From positions 4,650,001-4,714,000 of the forward strand of contig NC_043023.1 in the NCBI RefSeq assembly GCF_006345805.1: a DNA stretch of 64,000 nucleotides. Direction: 5' to 3'. Shown here in pieces: positions 25,263-38,496 of the stretch. Within the stretch, counting starts at the first letter, position 1; each line of letters begins with the position of its first letter. The position numbers and the translations under genes were made by a program. The DNA comes from Octopus sinensis (Eukaryota). The notes under the pieces were generated by a model that saw only the letters and a list, made by a program, of their open reading frames with translations, was not told where the DNA came from and did no database searches.

Positions 25263-26747
25263 ATATATATGTATGTATGTGTGTGTATAGATATATATAT
25301 AGAGAGAGAGAGATAGAGAGAGATGTGAACTTTCTGACACTAATCTTCGTCTGGTTCACATGCTCTCATTAATACTGTTTATAAATCATGTTCCTATCTT
25401 GTTATTCACCTTCTTATTACCTGTGTCTTTCTCTCTAATTTCCTTTCTCTCTCTCTCTTTTTTTTTTACCACCTGCTGTCCCTGACTCTTTCCCTTTCTT
25501 TTCTCATGCCTTCTTTCATCTACCTCCTACTCCACCAAAATTCATATCTCTGTTCTTCCATTTGCACTACTTTCTTTAATGGTTGTTCTATTCTTGTGCC
25601 AAGTCAAAAAACAAAGTTGATCTTTTGACATTGAACAGGCAGCTAAAGTAGTGGTGATTGTCTGCCATTGGTAATAGCTATGATGTGCTTTTATGCACCA
25701 TATAACTATATGAGAGTTTTCTCACTTGGTAGATACTGCAGTATTTGTGTATTCTAACACAGCATCCACTTTTAAGTGGTGAATATTTTACATTTTTGGT
25801 ATTAATACTGCCTCTGTCATTCTATTGTATAATTAGTATATTTGTCCTTAATTTTCCATCTCACTCATAAGTTGTCCTTTGTTTTCTCAGATATTGTGTG
25901 TTATAACATCCAGTATTTCAGTGATGTGTTACCATCATTGCCACATCCACAAGTGTTCAGAAATACATTGGTTCTGGTCCCTATAGCTGATGAGAGGTGT
26001 TTCAGATTATTACTTGTTACTTTTTGAGAGTGAAGTTTTTGTATTTCGTAATTTCACATAGTCATAGCAATACTAATAACCTGATGTTAGAACTCAATGT
26101 ATATATGCTGCTTCAGAATAAAGTGTTATGCAAGTACAGAACATAATATGAAATTAATATAATGACAAAGAAACAGAAATTGTATGTGTTTGTGTGTGTG
26201 TATACACACTTATTTTTAAACCTGGTATTCTACCAATCTCTTTTACTGAACTGCTAAGTTATGTAGCTATAAACAAACCAACATTTGGTTGTCAAGCAGT
26301 GGTGGGAATAAAACACATTCACCAAGACATACACACATTGACATACTCATACAAACACACACATTGTGTGTGTATGTTTGTGACCGAACAAGCCAGAGCC
26401 ATGTGATTGGAACCAGACTTTTTATCCCACAGCCATACCTATATGCCTATATGTATGCACACACATGTGTGCTTGTCATGTGAACTGCATTTAATTCCTT
26501 GGGCTGTATAGTTGTGACACATGGCATATCTTGAGCATTTTTAGATCTAACAGACTTTACGGATCTTTTCCCTTTGTTGAGTTTTATGGGATTCCTTTCC
26601 ATAAATTCACAACACACCATATACAAGTATTATTTTCATATTCACAATTTAACGCCAGTAAGCTTACCAGCAAAATATGAAGAATCTATATTAGAAATCT
26701 TATTTTGGAAACCTCCAAATTAAAGGATGAATCTAATTCAACCTTTT

Positions 26748-26789
<42 letters not shown>

Positions 26790-27338
26790 CAGGCCAAAAC
26801 AGATACAGTTACCTGGGGCAGTCTTCTACCTGGCCAGTTCCTGTCAACTGTCCTACCCATGGATGCATGGAAGATGGACATTAAATGTTGATGATACAGG
26901 TTGCATAAAGTGTTTGAGGACCCCTTTTTTTGGGGGGGGGTCATCGCTACATTTTTGCTAACTGGGGAGAGTCATTTTCTTTTTGTGCCTTATAATGTAA
27001 TACACGCACCAGTAAAATTTCTACTTATTTCTTATTTTTATTTTCCTAAAATTTTCATTGCATCTTGCAACCTTTTCAATAGTCTTGACTCTGTCCGTTA
27101 TTTACACTGCATTCCTTTTTGTTTGTTTGTGCACATGTGTCTATATAATCTGTTCCACACACAAAAAAAAAAGTAGCATACCATCAGCTTATCCAAGAAA
27201 TGAAGAGGCATGTTGTTATCATGGCTATAAAGGCTGAGCATAGCAATTTAGAAATATCTCAGGTTTTGAAAGTTGCCAGATATTCCATCTGCAAAATTTG
27301 AAAGGAATTAGAGACTGAAAATAGAAATGTATCACCAG

Positions 27339-27838
27339 TGTTGTAATCATAGGAAACTAAATGTACTTACTTTCATATTGTTAAATATGCTGTCACGGAT
27401 AAAAGGCGAATAGACAACCAACCACTCTGCATTGTGATATTGGAGTGCCTTTATGGCACAATATGGTAGAAGCAGTGAAACAAGATAAATATATCAAATC
27501 GAAACTAATCGGTTTACCAGCACATTATTATCACAAGCAGAAGACTGCTCTCTGGGCAGTTTTCTGCTCATCCCTTGATAATATAATATTTTCACATTTT
27601 ATTCCCATTTCTAATAATTTTTATATTTTATGTCTAATTATTCCTTTGTATAATAGTGCTCACTTGCTTAGTAAATATTGCTTTCATTATTTTATCACAG
27701 TCATAATCTCTCTTTTTTAAACAAACATCATGGTAGTCCAACAACAGAAGGGGAAGCAGTTGTCAAGTTTTACCTTCCCCTCAAAGCAACATAAAGATTT
27801 CAATTCAGCAGCCCATCTGTAAGCTTTGCAGTGTGTTT

Positions 27839-27874
<36 letters not shown>

Positions 27875-29811
27875 ACATTGAAGATAATGAATGAAATAAA
27901 CATGAAATGAAAAAAATCGTATAAATAAAAGGACATTACTACAGATGTATATGCCCCTGACTTTGTTGCCTCATAAAATCCAGAAAAATGGATACTTTTT
28001 AACAAAATTTTCTACAACTACTACTTCATCATGCTGCTGTCTACATTCCATCAATTGAAGGCTTCAGTGTATATAGGGATTTATGGGAAAGAATTTTTGT
28101 GAAGGAGGGGTTTCAGAAAATTCACACGATCTGATATTTCTCCCTCATAACTTTTATACCCCCTCCCTCATCATCCCACTCCAGACCTATTTTGGGCAAT
28201 TTTTATTTTTGCACTTCAAAACCATGGGAAGAGCATTTTTGGTAAAAAGATTTTTTTAAATAGTTAATATTTTTAGAGGGAAAAGTGATTTAAGGGCGAT
28301 TTGGCTGTTGTTTCTAACACATCCAAAGACAACCCTCCTCGTTTCTTTATCACTCTCACATGTATTAATGTTTTTCAATATTTTTCCCTATAAATACATT
28401 TATATGCTAAGAAAAAGAAAATTTGAAAAATTATGAATTTTTTGCAACCCCACTCCCTGCCCCCATTTGCTTCTGTTTAGAAATTAAAATATTGGAGAAC
28501 CTGAGAAGGTCGTTGATGGCATTTATCCACAGAGATTTTAGAGATGTACTTGCATAGCAAGTGACTTGATCTGAGATCGTGTGCTGAAACAATATCAGTT
28601 GCAGCATGGAAGATGTTTGTAAACCATTCAAGAACACACAAATACCTTTAGTTTCACTTCAACATTAAAACTTGATTTGTATCAAAATATTTTCATCACT
28701 TTGAAACTGCGACTTCTTCACTGACAAAACTTCATAAAAGTGATGCAGCATGAAGTTTTGTCAGCGAACAGCAAACACACGCATGCACACATACACACAC
28801 GCATACACCTTCATTGCCTTTCATTTGTGTGCATGCGTATCTGTGTGTCACTGTTGAAGTTGAGTTTGGAAACTGAATAACATGCAAGTTTCGAATACCT
28901 GACAGTAACTTTTTTTTTTCTCGTCTTCTAATAGTAATTATCCAACTTTCTAGGCTCTTCTCACAGCTTTCCCACGTTCAAAAATTATTTGGGTATTTTA
29001 AAAAATTTTCATTCAATAGATAATGTTTCTACATTACGTATACATTAATAGCGAATAAAAACTTAAAATGGAATACTCTGCAGGGAATGCAATGAATATT
29101 TAAATTTGTAATGAATTAGACACAGTGAATATTTAAATTTGTGAGAAATTGGAGTTTAAAAAATTCAATAAACTTGAGAAATCAAAATTATAGGAACTTT
29201 CTTAGAAGATGAATTTATAAAAATATTTCCAGACGGTCAACCCTTTAATAATTGCTTTCTTTTAGTAATTGTTACATACCTAATTAATAAGCAGCTTTCT
29301 CCATTATAGTAGAGATTAGACATTTAAAAAGACAATCCCAAAATGGGAATAAAGCAAGGAAGACGTAAACAATGCATTGTTGAATCTAAGAGCCACACCA
29401 TTAAACCCAAAGATGCCATCACCCACTGAGATCCTACACCAGTCCCCAAAGAATCATAAGATCAGGCAGAACAATGAAAACACCAGAGCACTACAAAAAC
29501 TTTGCGCCATAAAACTGTTCATGTTATTTGAAGTGCATGTTGCTTATTGCTCTTGCAACAAAACAGTTTATTGTTGTTTTTTTATTTCTTTGAGTGAGAA
29601 GAAACCCTATTTTCATTTGTCAGTTTTATTAGTCTGTGAATTGATTCAAGTAAAGGGGGATGTTGTAATGATACAAAACTAAATGTACTTAGTTTCACAT
29701 TGTTAAATATGCTATTGTGGATAAAAGGTGGGAAGATGGGTGGGGGACGGCAGTCGAATAGACAACCAACCATTCTGCATCACATTATTGGTGTGCTTTT
29801 ATGGCACAGTA
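27339..29811 (+). mobile_element. Internally deleted Gypsy-type LTR retrotransposon with very short LTRs
   Basis: 5' LTR 27339-27463 and 3' LTR 29661-29811 (TGTTGTAAT...GGCACA[A/G]TA); 5-bp TSD ACCAG; PBS-like TGGTAGAAGCAG after the 5' LTR; PPT AAAGGGGGA before the 3' LTR; integrase remnant ALLNLRATPLNPKMPSPTEIL at about 29365-29435. Confidence 0.85.
28530..28772. mobile_element. Fragment of a palindromic MITE-like family (left arm + central hairpin)
   Basis: Homologous to 50551-50731; both end in a ctgac..gtcag hairpin. Confidence 0.55.
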
Positions 29812-30584
29812 ACCAGTATCAGAGTGTAAAAAGCATTCTAAATGCTCTGAAATCATCAGAAACACTTGAATGTATCCAGCAAATTCAACAGACCATCAAT
29901 TACATTCCCAGAAAATCCATGAGGCCAATTGCAAAAGGTTTCCATGTGCCAGTAGGGACAGTCAGAAATGTTGTCCATAAAGACATCAGATACAAGTCTT
30001 ATATGATGGACAATTTATGTCAGAAAATGCAAAAGAAAATCACTACATCAGGTCTAAAAGGCTCTTAAACAAACTGAAAAATCCAGAAGATTTGATTTGG
30101 TTTTTCTCAGACAAGAAAAACTTTGACCAAGATCAAAAAGTTAACAGAAGAAATGACAGATGGTTATGTGCAGACCATTCTGATGTCCCAAGAGTTATGC
30201 ATACAAAATTTGCTGCCCTTTCTCCAAAAAAGTTAACCAGGAATCTTTTAAAAAATCTCTCCACCAAAGTTAAAGAACTTAAGAGATTTACAAACCAAAA
30301 AATTGAATTGATTAAAACTACCAGTGAAGTCATTTTTTTCCTTTTTCAAATATGTATACACATACACATTGTATGTATATGTATGTGTGAGTGTATATTA
30401 GATATATTTATCCTGTGATTAAACATTCCACAATTTTTTAAAGAAAGTTACTGAATACATTTGGAATGTAAATACGTGTTATTGCTAACAATATCATAAT
30501 GGCTGCAGACTTGTTTCACTATTTACAGAGTTCTCTCATTAATAGTAAAACTAGTTGACAGCCTGCCTGTCAGATATTTTACTC

Positions 30585-30632
<48 letters not shown>

Positions 30633-31264
30633 AATGTAGAGACAATGAAAAGCAGGTCTGGTGAGATAGTTGGAATGTTAGAATGGAAGTGTGTAAGAGG
30701 TAAGATGGAGGGGAGCTTCAGCTGGACTCGTTGTAGCCCATGAAGAAAGAGAGAAATTCTTTTAGGTAGGCAGTAGTGGGTGTGTGCATACTTTAGGCTG
30801 AGAAATGGGTAAATAGGTGCAGATGTAGCTGTATAATAAAAAGGTTCCCGCTCACATGGTTCAAGGTTCAGTTCTACTGCATGGCACTTTGATCCTATGT
30901 CTTCTACTATATCCTCAGGTTGACCAAAGCCTTGTGAGTGGATTTGGCAGAAGGAAACTTAAAAAATAAGTACTGAGCTCAATTCATCAAGGCAGGACCC
31001 CAACATGGCTGCAGTTTAATGAATGAAACAAATAAAAGCTAAGCTAAAGTGATTAAGGCAGTTAGAGTGTGTGATATGATAATTTAGCTTAAACTAGTCT
31101 GGGAAAATACAACAGCAACATTTATCTTCGCATATGTTCTGCAGTGTGACCTGGCAGATGAACAAAAGGACTGATGTTATGAAGCCCTCTTGCAGATTAC
31201 TTTGATGATGGATGGTGACATCAAAAGATATGTTGAGCAGGAACCCAATGTATTCCAAGGTATA

Positions 31265-31880
31265 CATAGAGGTTAGAGTCCAACAAATGAAGAGTGAACA
31301 AAGCTCTTGAAATCTCGTGATGTAAGTTACCTTCTGGTCTAACTTCAAGAAACCAGTCAATTACCTGATCATCTGTCAGGTGACTGGCTGGTTTCTTGCG
31401 TGCTCACTGTGGTGGGTACCCAAGCCATATTGACTACATTCTCACCAGAAAATGGGATGGACTGATGCTTTGAGGAAAAAATAAGGCATGGGGGAATCAG
31501 ATGTGGTGTGAAAGAGAGAAGACTGGCAATGTAATGCATACAGATGAGAACAGTTTTATAAAGAAGTGCCAATTGCTAAATGTGGATGGTGGTGGCGGAG
31601 GGGACTGAAGAAGGTGAGACAAAGTAGTGGAGACTGATCTCAAGATGTTAAGCCTCACAATAAAGAAAATGAAAGACAGAGTCCTATAAATGAGAAGCTA
31701 ACAAGGCTCTTTGGAATTCTGTGATGTAAATTACCTCTTGGTCAGAAACCAGTCAGTCAGCTGATCATATATCAGTTTGGTGGGCAGATTGACTACCTTC
31801 TCACTAGAAAATGGGATGGACAGATGCTTGGAGGAAAAAATAGAGCATAAGTGGAACCAGCTGTAATGTGAAAGTATAGA
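31265..31880 (+). mobile_element. Two tandem copies of an internally deleted RTE derivative
   Basis: Both join endonuclease-region sequence (..IDYILTRK) to an RT C-terminal region at the same junction agaaaa|tgggatggac. Confidence 0.55.
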
Positions 31881-32394
31881 TGATTGGTTTATATTGCATG
31901 ATGTCTCATCTATATTTGTGTATATAAACATAGCCATGTATGTTGATTTCTATTTTACTTTTATTGTTTATGCTTGTTTGATTTATGACTTCTTCATTTG
32001 ACTTGTTTCTGTCTGTATCTGTGAATTGTCTGTTGTCATTGAATGAGTGTGATGATATTTGTCTTGAAAATGGTGCTGGTGTTAGCGTATTTCATCTCAT
32101 TATCTGTTCCACTGACCCCCTCCCCATTAATGACTTTTTAATAGCTTAATCTGTTGGCATGTTTATAATCCATTCTCCTGTATAAGGTCAAGCTTTGATT
32201 TGCAAATTCATTCTCTGAACGTCAGAGATGGAAGGAGCCAAATTTTAAATGTTAAATTTTGGATTTAAAATTTTATTCACCTAAAGAAAACGTTTCTTTC
32301 ATGAGGTTCTTGATTTGTTCATCAAAACACATCTGAAACAGTTGTAGTGAACCTCAACCCATTTCTTTTATATATATATATATATATATCTTTG

Positions 32395-33000
32395 AAATTG
32401 CTTGGTCTTGCTTTCTCACTTGATCTTTCTTGGGGTTCCTTCATGCAGTTAATTGGTAGGCCTGCTTCCTGTAATGTGGGGTCACTGTATAGGTCAAAGG
32501 ACTACCTCACATCTGAAACTAATTCATCCTTGTATGGAATACTGTTACCATATTTGAACAGGTGCGTCATCTTGTCACTTGGATCTTTTTAACCAGGTTC
32601 AGAAGTGAGTCTCTAATTTGATCGGTCCCTCTCTTGCTTCAGCTTTGCAACCCTCATGACATTGACGTGATGTTGCCAGTCTTAATCTTCAATTACCACA
32701 GGAAGTGTTCTGATGAACTTTCTCAGTCCTAGATCACTTTGTATCATCTCACCTCACTAGAAACTCACAACATTTTCACTCAAATGCTGTTGTGCTTCTG
32801 CAAATAAGGAAGTCTTTCTACAGTTGTAGCTTTTTTCTTAAACTGCCAGATTTTGGAACTCTTCCATCTCGTTGTTTTCCTCCTTTTATCTTAATTTATC
32901 CTTCTTCACAGCTCTGTGACTTTTCACTTCATTTAGGATTTTCAAGGAAATATATATATATGCCAGAGGTAACTCCAGGTCATCAGCATTCCTTGGGCTC
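32395..33000 (+). mobile_element. CR1-clade LINE RT C-terminal relic
   Basis: VGSLYRSKDYLT..PCMEYCYHI*TGA..LIGPSLASALQP..DVASL. Confidence 0.7.
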
Positions 33001-33371
33001 ATCACAGATTTTGCACAAGACACTCAAAGAATTTCACGTTTTTCCACTTTATTTCTTGCCCCAAATGGCTTATTTTTTAAAATCTAGCACTACTTTTCAC
33101 AGATTGGAATTTAAATCCTAATTTCTATAGAAATTTATTGTTTCAAGAAAACATTGAATTTGAATTACTTTTAATTTTTATGATCATAGATAACAACTTC
33201 TCAACCCGTGTCAGGCATGTGTGAATGATGTCGAGAGGACATCTGCTACGAATGATATTTTTTGACACAGGGCACCTCTAAAATGACTGCCAGATGTTGA
33301 ACTGCAACCAAGCTCAATAAAAGGAGCCCAAGTCATTGGCTGAAATTACATACTTGAAGTCATGAAAGGAA

Positions 33372-35207
33372 TGGAATAGTTATGAGCTACATTGTATTTT
33401 GAAGTGAGCATTGAATGCATATTGCATAACTTTAATGTGTCCAGTGTTCTTCCTCATCAGATTCTTGCTACCTGTCACTTACAATTCCTTTGATTAGAAA
33501 GAACAATGAATTATGTAGTTCCTTAACCCTTTTGTTACCATATTTCTGTTGAGATGCTCTGTGTCTCTTTCAATTAATTTTAAATGTAAGAAAGAATTTA
33601 GTAAAATAACTTAGTTATCATTAAGCTAGTGTTAGGAACATATCTTCACAGCACCCGCTCAGGTTTAGCTTTCTCACTGTTGTGATTTTCACTGCGGTTA
33701 ACAACTTAGCTCAACCTGTAAGAATTCCTGTATCAAGAAGCCTCAACCACTACATGACATATGTTCAACCGGCATTCTGCCTTGTGACCCCAACATCCTG
33801 TTACACAACTATTACTATTGTGTACCTCACGAACTGGTAAACTAACTCCATCTTAACTCAATATGCTGAGAGACTCATTCTATGCTCAGTATTTTATTCT
33901 GCATACACCTTATTTGTACTTCTATCGCGCACACGAACACAGACACAAACACTTGTCGCATGCACACAGACACTCCATCTTTTGCTAGCACTCACACACT
34001 CTCTCATTGTACACAGTGTAGGGAATATGACTGTGCGTAAGGAGTTGGTGACGGAAACGTCTCCTTTAAACGCCGCACGATCGTCCCAACAAAGAATAAA
34101 CCAAAATACATGGTATAAAAGAATAAAGTGCCAAAGGATTAATGAGGACAACAACCATTCTACTGTTTGAGAGAAAAAGACTTTATTTACAAATGTGTAC
34201 AATGAGAGTGTGTGTGAGTGCTAGCAAAGTGGAGTGTGTGTACATCCGACAAGTGTTTGTGTCTGTGCGACAGAAGTACAAACAAGGTGTATGCGTATAA
34301 AACAGAATACAGAGTATAGGAAAGAGTCTCAGCATATTTTAGACAAGATGGAATTAGTTTACCAGTTCATAGTAAGGTACATAATAGCAGTTTGTTCTGT
34401 AACAGGATGTTGGGGTCACAAGGCAGAATGCCGGTTGAACACGTCGTGTTGCGGTTGGGGCTTCAATGCTGTGTCCAGGAATTCTTACAGGTTGGGCTAA
34501 GCTGTTAACCTCGGTAAAAATCACAACAGTGAGAAAGCTAAACCTGAGTGAGTGCTGTGTACATATTTCTAAAGTTAAAGGACAATGATGGTGATGGTGG
34601 TGGCAGAGAAAGCCATTGTCGAGATGAAAGTGACGGAGATGGAGAACGCCCTGCATTGCTGGTGTATGTTCAGAACTTTTGAAATCAAGACATTTATACA
34701 ACTGTCAGTGTTTGAAATGCCCATGTTTGGTGATAGATTCCAGAAGCTGGCTCTTTTTTAACCACTGCTAATACATGTTAGGACTGCAGAAAAATATCTC
34801 CCTTGTATTGTTACTTGTTCTGGTCCCATACCTCATTTCCTACACTCAACCCAGAGCAGGTAGAAGCTTCAGTGAAGGACTTCTTACCCTCAAGGGACAC
34901 AAACTGGTGTCAGCATGGTATCAAAGAACTGGAAGAATGGTGACTTCAGATGGTGCAACACGATGGTCTCTATTTAGAATGTTTTGTTGTAATCTGATGA
35001 ATGAAGCAAATTAGTAATCAAAATATTGCAAAACTTACATAATTTAAGGAGCTATGTAACTATTGTTCTGTCTGATCAAAGAATTTCTAAGTGACAGGTA
35101 GCAAGTATCTGATGAGGAAGAACACTGGACATATATATAGCACATGAGTTATGCAATATGCATTCAATGCTCACTTCAAAATACAATGTAGCACATAACT
35201 ACCTATT

Positions 35208-35210
<3 letters not shown>
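33372..35210. repeat. Outer inverted repeat (arms 33372-33526 / 35044-35210)
   Basis: About 155-bp reverse-complement arms enclosing the inner fold-back. Confidence 0.85.
33647..34559. mobile_element. Long-arm fold-back element (arms 33647-34015 / 34194-34559, 178-bp spacer)
   Basis: About 370-bp arms align as reverse complements over their whole length. Confidence 0.85.
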
Positions 35211-35241
<31 letters not shown>

Positions 35242-35384
35242 ATTCTATATGTATATATAACTACCTATTCCATATGTGTATATATGAACTCTCACGCATA
35301 TGGATTGAGGTTCACTACCGCTGTTTCGGACATGTTCTTCATTGGTGAACTAAATTGTCTCGTCATGCAAAATGAGTGAGTGGC

Positions 35385-35772
35385 TGTGTGGTAAGTAGCT
35401 TGTTTACCAGCCACATGGTTCTGAGTTCAGTCCCACTGTGTGGTACTTTGGGCAAGTGTCTTCTACTATAGCCTTGGGCCAACCAAAGCCTTGTGAGTGG
35501 ATTTGGTAGACGGAAACTGAAAGAAGCCCGTCGTATATATGTATATATATGTGTGTGTGCGTGTATGTTTGTGTGTCTGTGTTTGTCCCCCTAGCATTGC
35601 TTGACAACCGATGCTGGTGTGTTTATGTCCCCGTCACTTAGCAGTTCGGCAAAAGAGACCAATAGAATAAGTACTGGGCTTACAAAGAATAAGTCCCAGG
35701 GTCGAGTTGCTTGATTAAAGGCGGTGCTCCAGCATGCCCACAGTCAAATGACTGAAACAAGTAAAAGAGTAA
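35385..35772 (+). mobile_element. Full-length SINE family A
   Basis: Same structure as 18882-19263. Confidence 0.85.
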
Positions 35773-35990
35773 CTCAGAACCCCTCTGTGACTTTGAGTAC
35801 ATGTGTATTCTGTCAATACTTGTGAATGTATGAATAACTGGAATGACAAATTTGTATTTACTTTTGTAAATATGTATATGTCAGTAACCATTGTCAGTGC
35901 ACTGGGGCACTATCCTTGACTCCATCTTGGTGATTTTGCTATTTAAATACACGATTCTATCAGATCCTGAAAATTTTATTTATATATATA

Positions 35991-36241
35991 GTGAAGTATA
36001 TTTGCCACTTAAATATGGCTAACCCTTAAGGGTGGATGCTGCTGTAGCTAGTAGCCCCAGGAGAACATCTTTTCCAGCTGGCTATTGACATACTTTCTGT
36101 GCCCTATCAGCATTTTCAAATACTGATAGGCACAGAAAGTATGTCAATAGCCAGCTAGAAGAGTTGTCCTTCTGAGGCTACAAGCTACAGTACCATCCAC
36201 CCTTAAGGGTTAGCCACATTTAAGCGACAAATATACTTCAC
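35991..36241. mobile_element. 251-bp fully palindromic MITE
   Basis: gtgaagtatatttg...caaatatacttcac; arms pair almost to the centre. Confidence 0.85.
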
Positions 36242-36287
36242 AATGTGTTGCAGCTACTGCCTATACCTCACTCAGAGATTTATTATT

Positions 36288-36327
36288 GCTTATATATATT
36301 TTATATATATATATATATTTATATATT

Positions 36328-36358
<31 letters not shown>

Positions 36359-36820
36359 ATATATATATATTATTATATATATTATATATATATATATATA
36401 TTTATATATTTATATATATATTTATATATATATTATATTTTATATATATATATTTTATATATATATATATATTTTATATATATATATATTTAATATATAT
36501 TATATATTTTTATATATATATATATTATTTTATATATATATATATATATATTATATATATTTATATATATATTATATATATTTATATATATTTATATATA
36601 TATTTTTATATATATATATATATTTTTATATATATATATATTTATATATTTATATATATATATATATATTTTTATATATATATAATTTTTATATATATAT
36701 ATATTTTTATATATATATATATATTTTTATATATATATATATATTTAATATATATATATATTTTTATATATTATATATATATATATTATATATATATATT
36801 ATATAATATATATATATATT

Positions 36821-36851
<31 letters not shown>

Positions 36852-36996
36852 ATATAATATTTATATATTATATATATATTTATATTATATATATAATTAT
36901 ATATATATATATTTATATTATATATATATAATATTTATATATATATATTTATATATATATATATTATATATATATTATTATATATTTATATATATT

Positions 36997-37027
<31 letters not shown>

Positions 37028-37057
37028 ATATATTTTATATATTATATATATATTTTT

Positions 37058-37088
<31 letters not shown>

Positions 37089-37152
37089 AATATTTATATA
37101 TATATTATATATTTTATATATATAATATATATTTTTATATATATATAATATA

Positions 37153-37195
<43 letters not shown>
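36288..37195. repeat. About 900-bp degenerate (TA)n microsatellite
   Basis: Direct inspection. Confidence 0.95.
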
Positions 37196-37198
<3 letters not shown>

Positions 37199-37199
37199 T

Positions 37200-37586
37200 T
37201 TGTTGTATTTCGGAATGGTCATATTGCCAGTTTAGCCAATAAAAACACACACACTATATATTTGGTGTTATTTTGCTTCAGTGTTATTTATTTTTTACAT
37301 TAATCTTAATCTTATTTCGGCCAGAGTTCTTTCGTCACACTCCTGTGACCGCATCAGTGGTCCTTTGTTTTCTTCTCACTTACTTGTGTCTCTCCTTACT
37401 AACCATCAGCCATTTTGTATTTCTATTGTATATCTTCATTTGTGCATGTTTATATCTCTATGTGCGTCTATGTTTATTCAGTGTGTGTGTGGGAGGGGAT
37501 GCCTGTAATATTTGTATCTTCTGTTTATATACGTTCGTGTAATTTGTTTTTGTTTATTCGTATTTTGTTCATGTGATTACATCCAC

Positions 37587-37620
<34 letters not shown>

Positions 37621-38068
37621 CATCATTATCATTATTATTACGTATGCTTGTATGTATGTATGACAACGATACTAGTAATAATAATAATAATAATAAATTT
37701 TAAAAAATCTTTTAAATTAAACAAAAAAAAACTTATATAGTTATTTATTTCTATTTGTTTATTTATCTCTGTATTTTATTTATTATGTTTTTGGTTTTGT
37801 TTATATTGTAACCAGTTTATGGGGATCCTCTTCTGTCATATGTTGTGGTGTGTGCTAGTGTTCCATTCCAGTTTCCTATTCAGGCTAGGTTTATCTTCTA
37901 TTATGTGTGTAGCTTCTGTAATTTGTCTGATTGTTGCATCTGTTCTATGTGTGGACAAGATTTTAACTTTTATTGGCTAAACTGGCAAAATGACCATTCT
38001 GAAATATAACAATATCTGTTTCACCACACAACTTCACATAAAAAATCTTGCACAACAAATATATAAAC

Positions 38069-38071
<3 letters not shown>
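37200..38071 (-). mobile_element. Penelope-like element 3' portion with an inverted pseudo-LTR
   Basis: 37200-37965 aligns to 46620-47420, which continues into a GIY-YIG domain; 37967-38071 is an inverted copy of the terminal repeat. Confidence 0.8.
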
Positions 38072-38114
<43 letters not shown>

Positions 38115-38496
38115 AGCAGATCCACTCAGAAAGCCTTGCTTGACCCAGGTCTATAGTAGAAGACACTTGCCCAAGATACAGTGTGGTTGGGAGGCAAATA
38201 TCTTAACCACACAGCCAGAGTTATGACCTACATAATGAATACCTACGTACTCCCTTTAGAGAGCGTCTGCCAGTCACTTTTGTTTTTCTTAACTTGTAAC
38301 TTCTCTTCCATTTTATCATTACAGGGTTTCCTGCTGTCTCAGCACATCTCTATAGCCCAGAGTGATGTTGGACCTCCCCTATGTTGACATGATTGCTCCT
38401 GTTACAACACATCAAACAGAACGACAGCAGAGGCCAGGAGTTGTACTTGGATGTAAACAGGGTGGCCATGTTCGGCCCACCTCCTTGCTGCTTGAA

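Larger units (their letters stand above)
27190..30212 (+). mobile_element. DD37D/maT-like Tc1-mariner transposase relic, split by the LTR element at 27339-29811
   Basis: MKRHVVIMAIKAEHSNLEIS..NVSP (27190-27338) continues in frame after the insertion as VSECKKHSKCSEIIR..RKSMRPIAK..IWFFSDKKNFDQDQKVNRRNDRW. Confidence 0.8.

Noticed and set aside
34045-34070. GGAG-TTGGTGA-CG-GAAAC-GTC-TCC in the fold-back spacer
   Set aside because: Two core mismatches and no helix II; could be chance.
35107-35195. CTGATGA-G-GAAG..CTTC-AAAAT as a hammerhead (also in the inverted arm at 33385-33460)
   Set aside because: The GAAAC box has two changes and helix I does not pair next to the core; at best a remote relic.
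36243-37125. Long Ile/Tyr-rich ORFs (also 45882-46616, 17065-17565 and others)
   Set aside because: (TA)n/(CA)n microsatellite artefacts.
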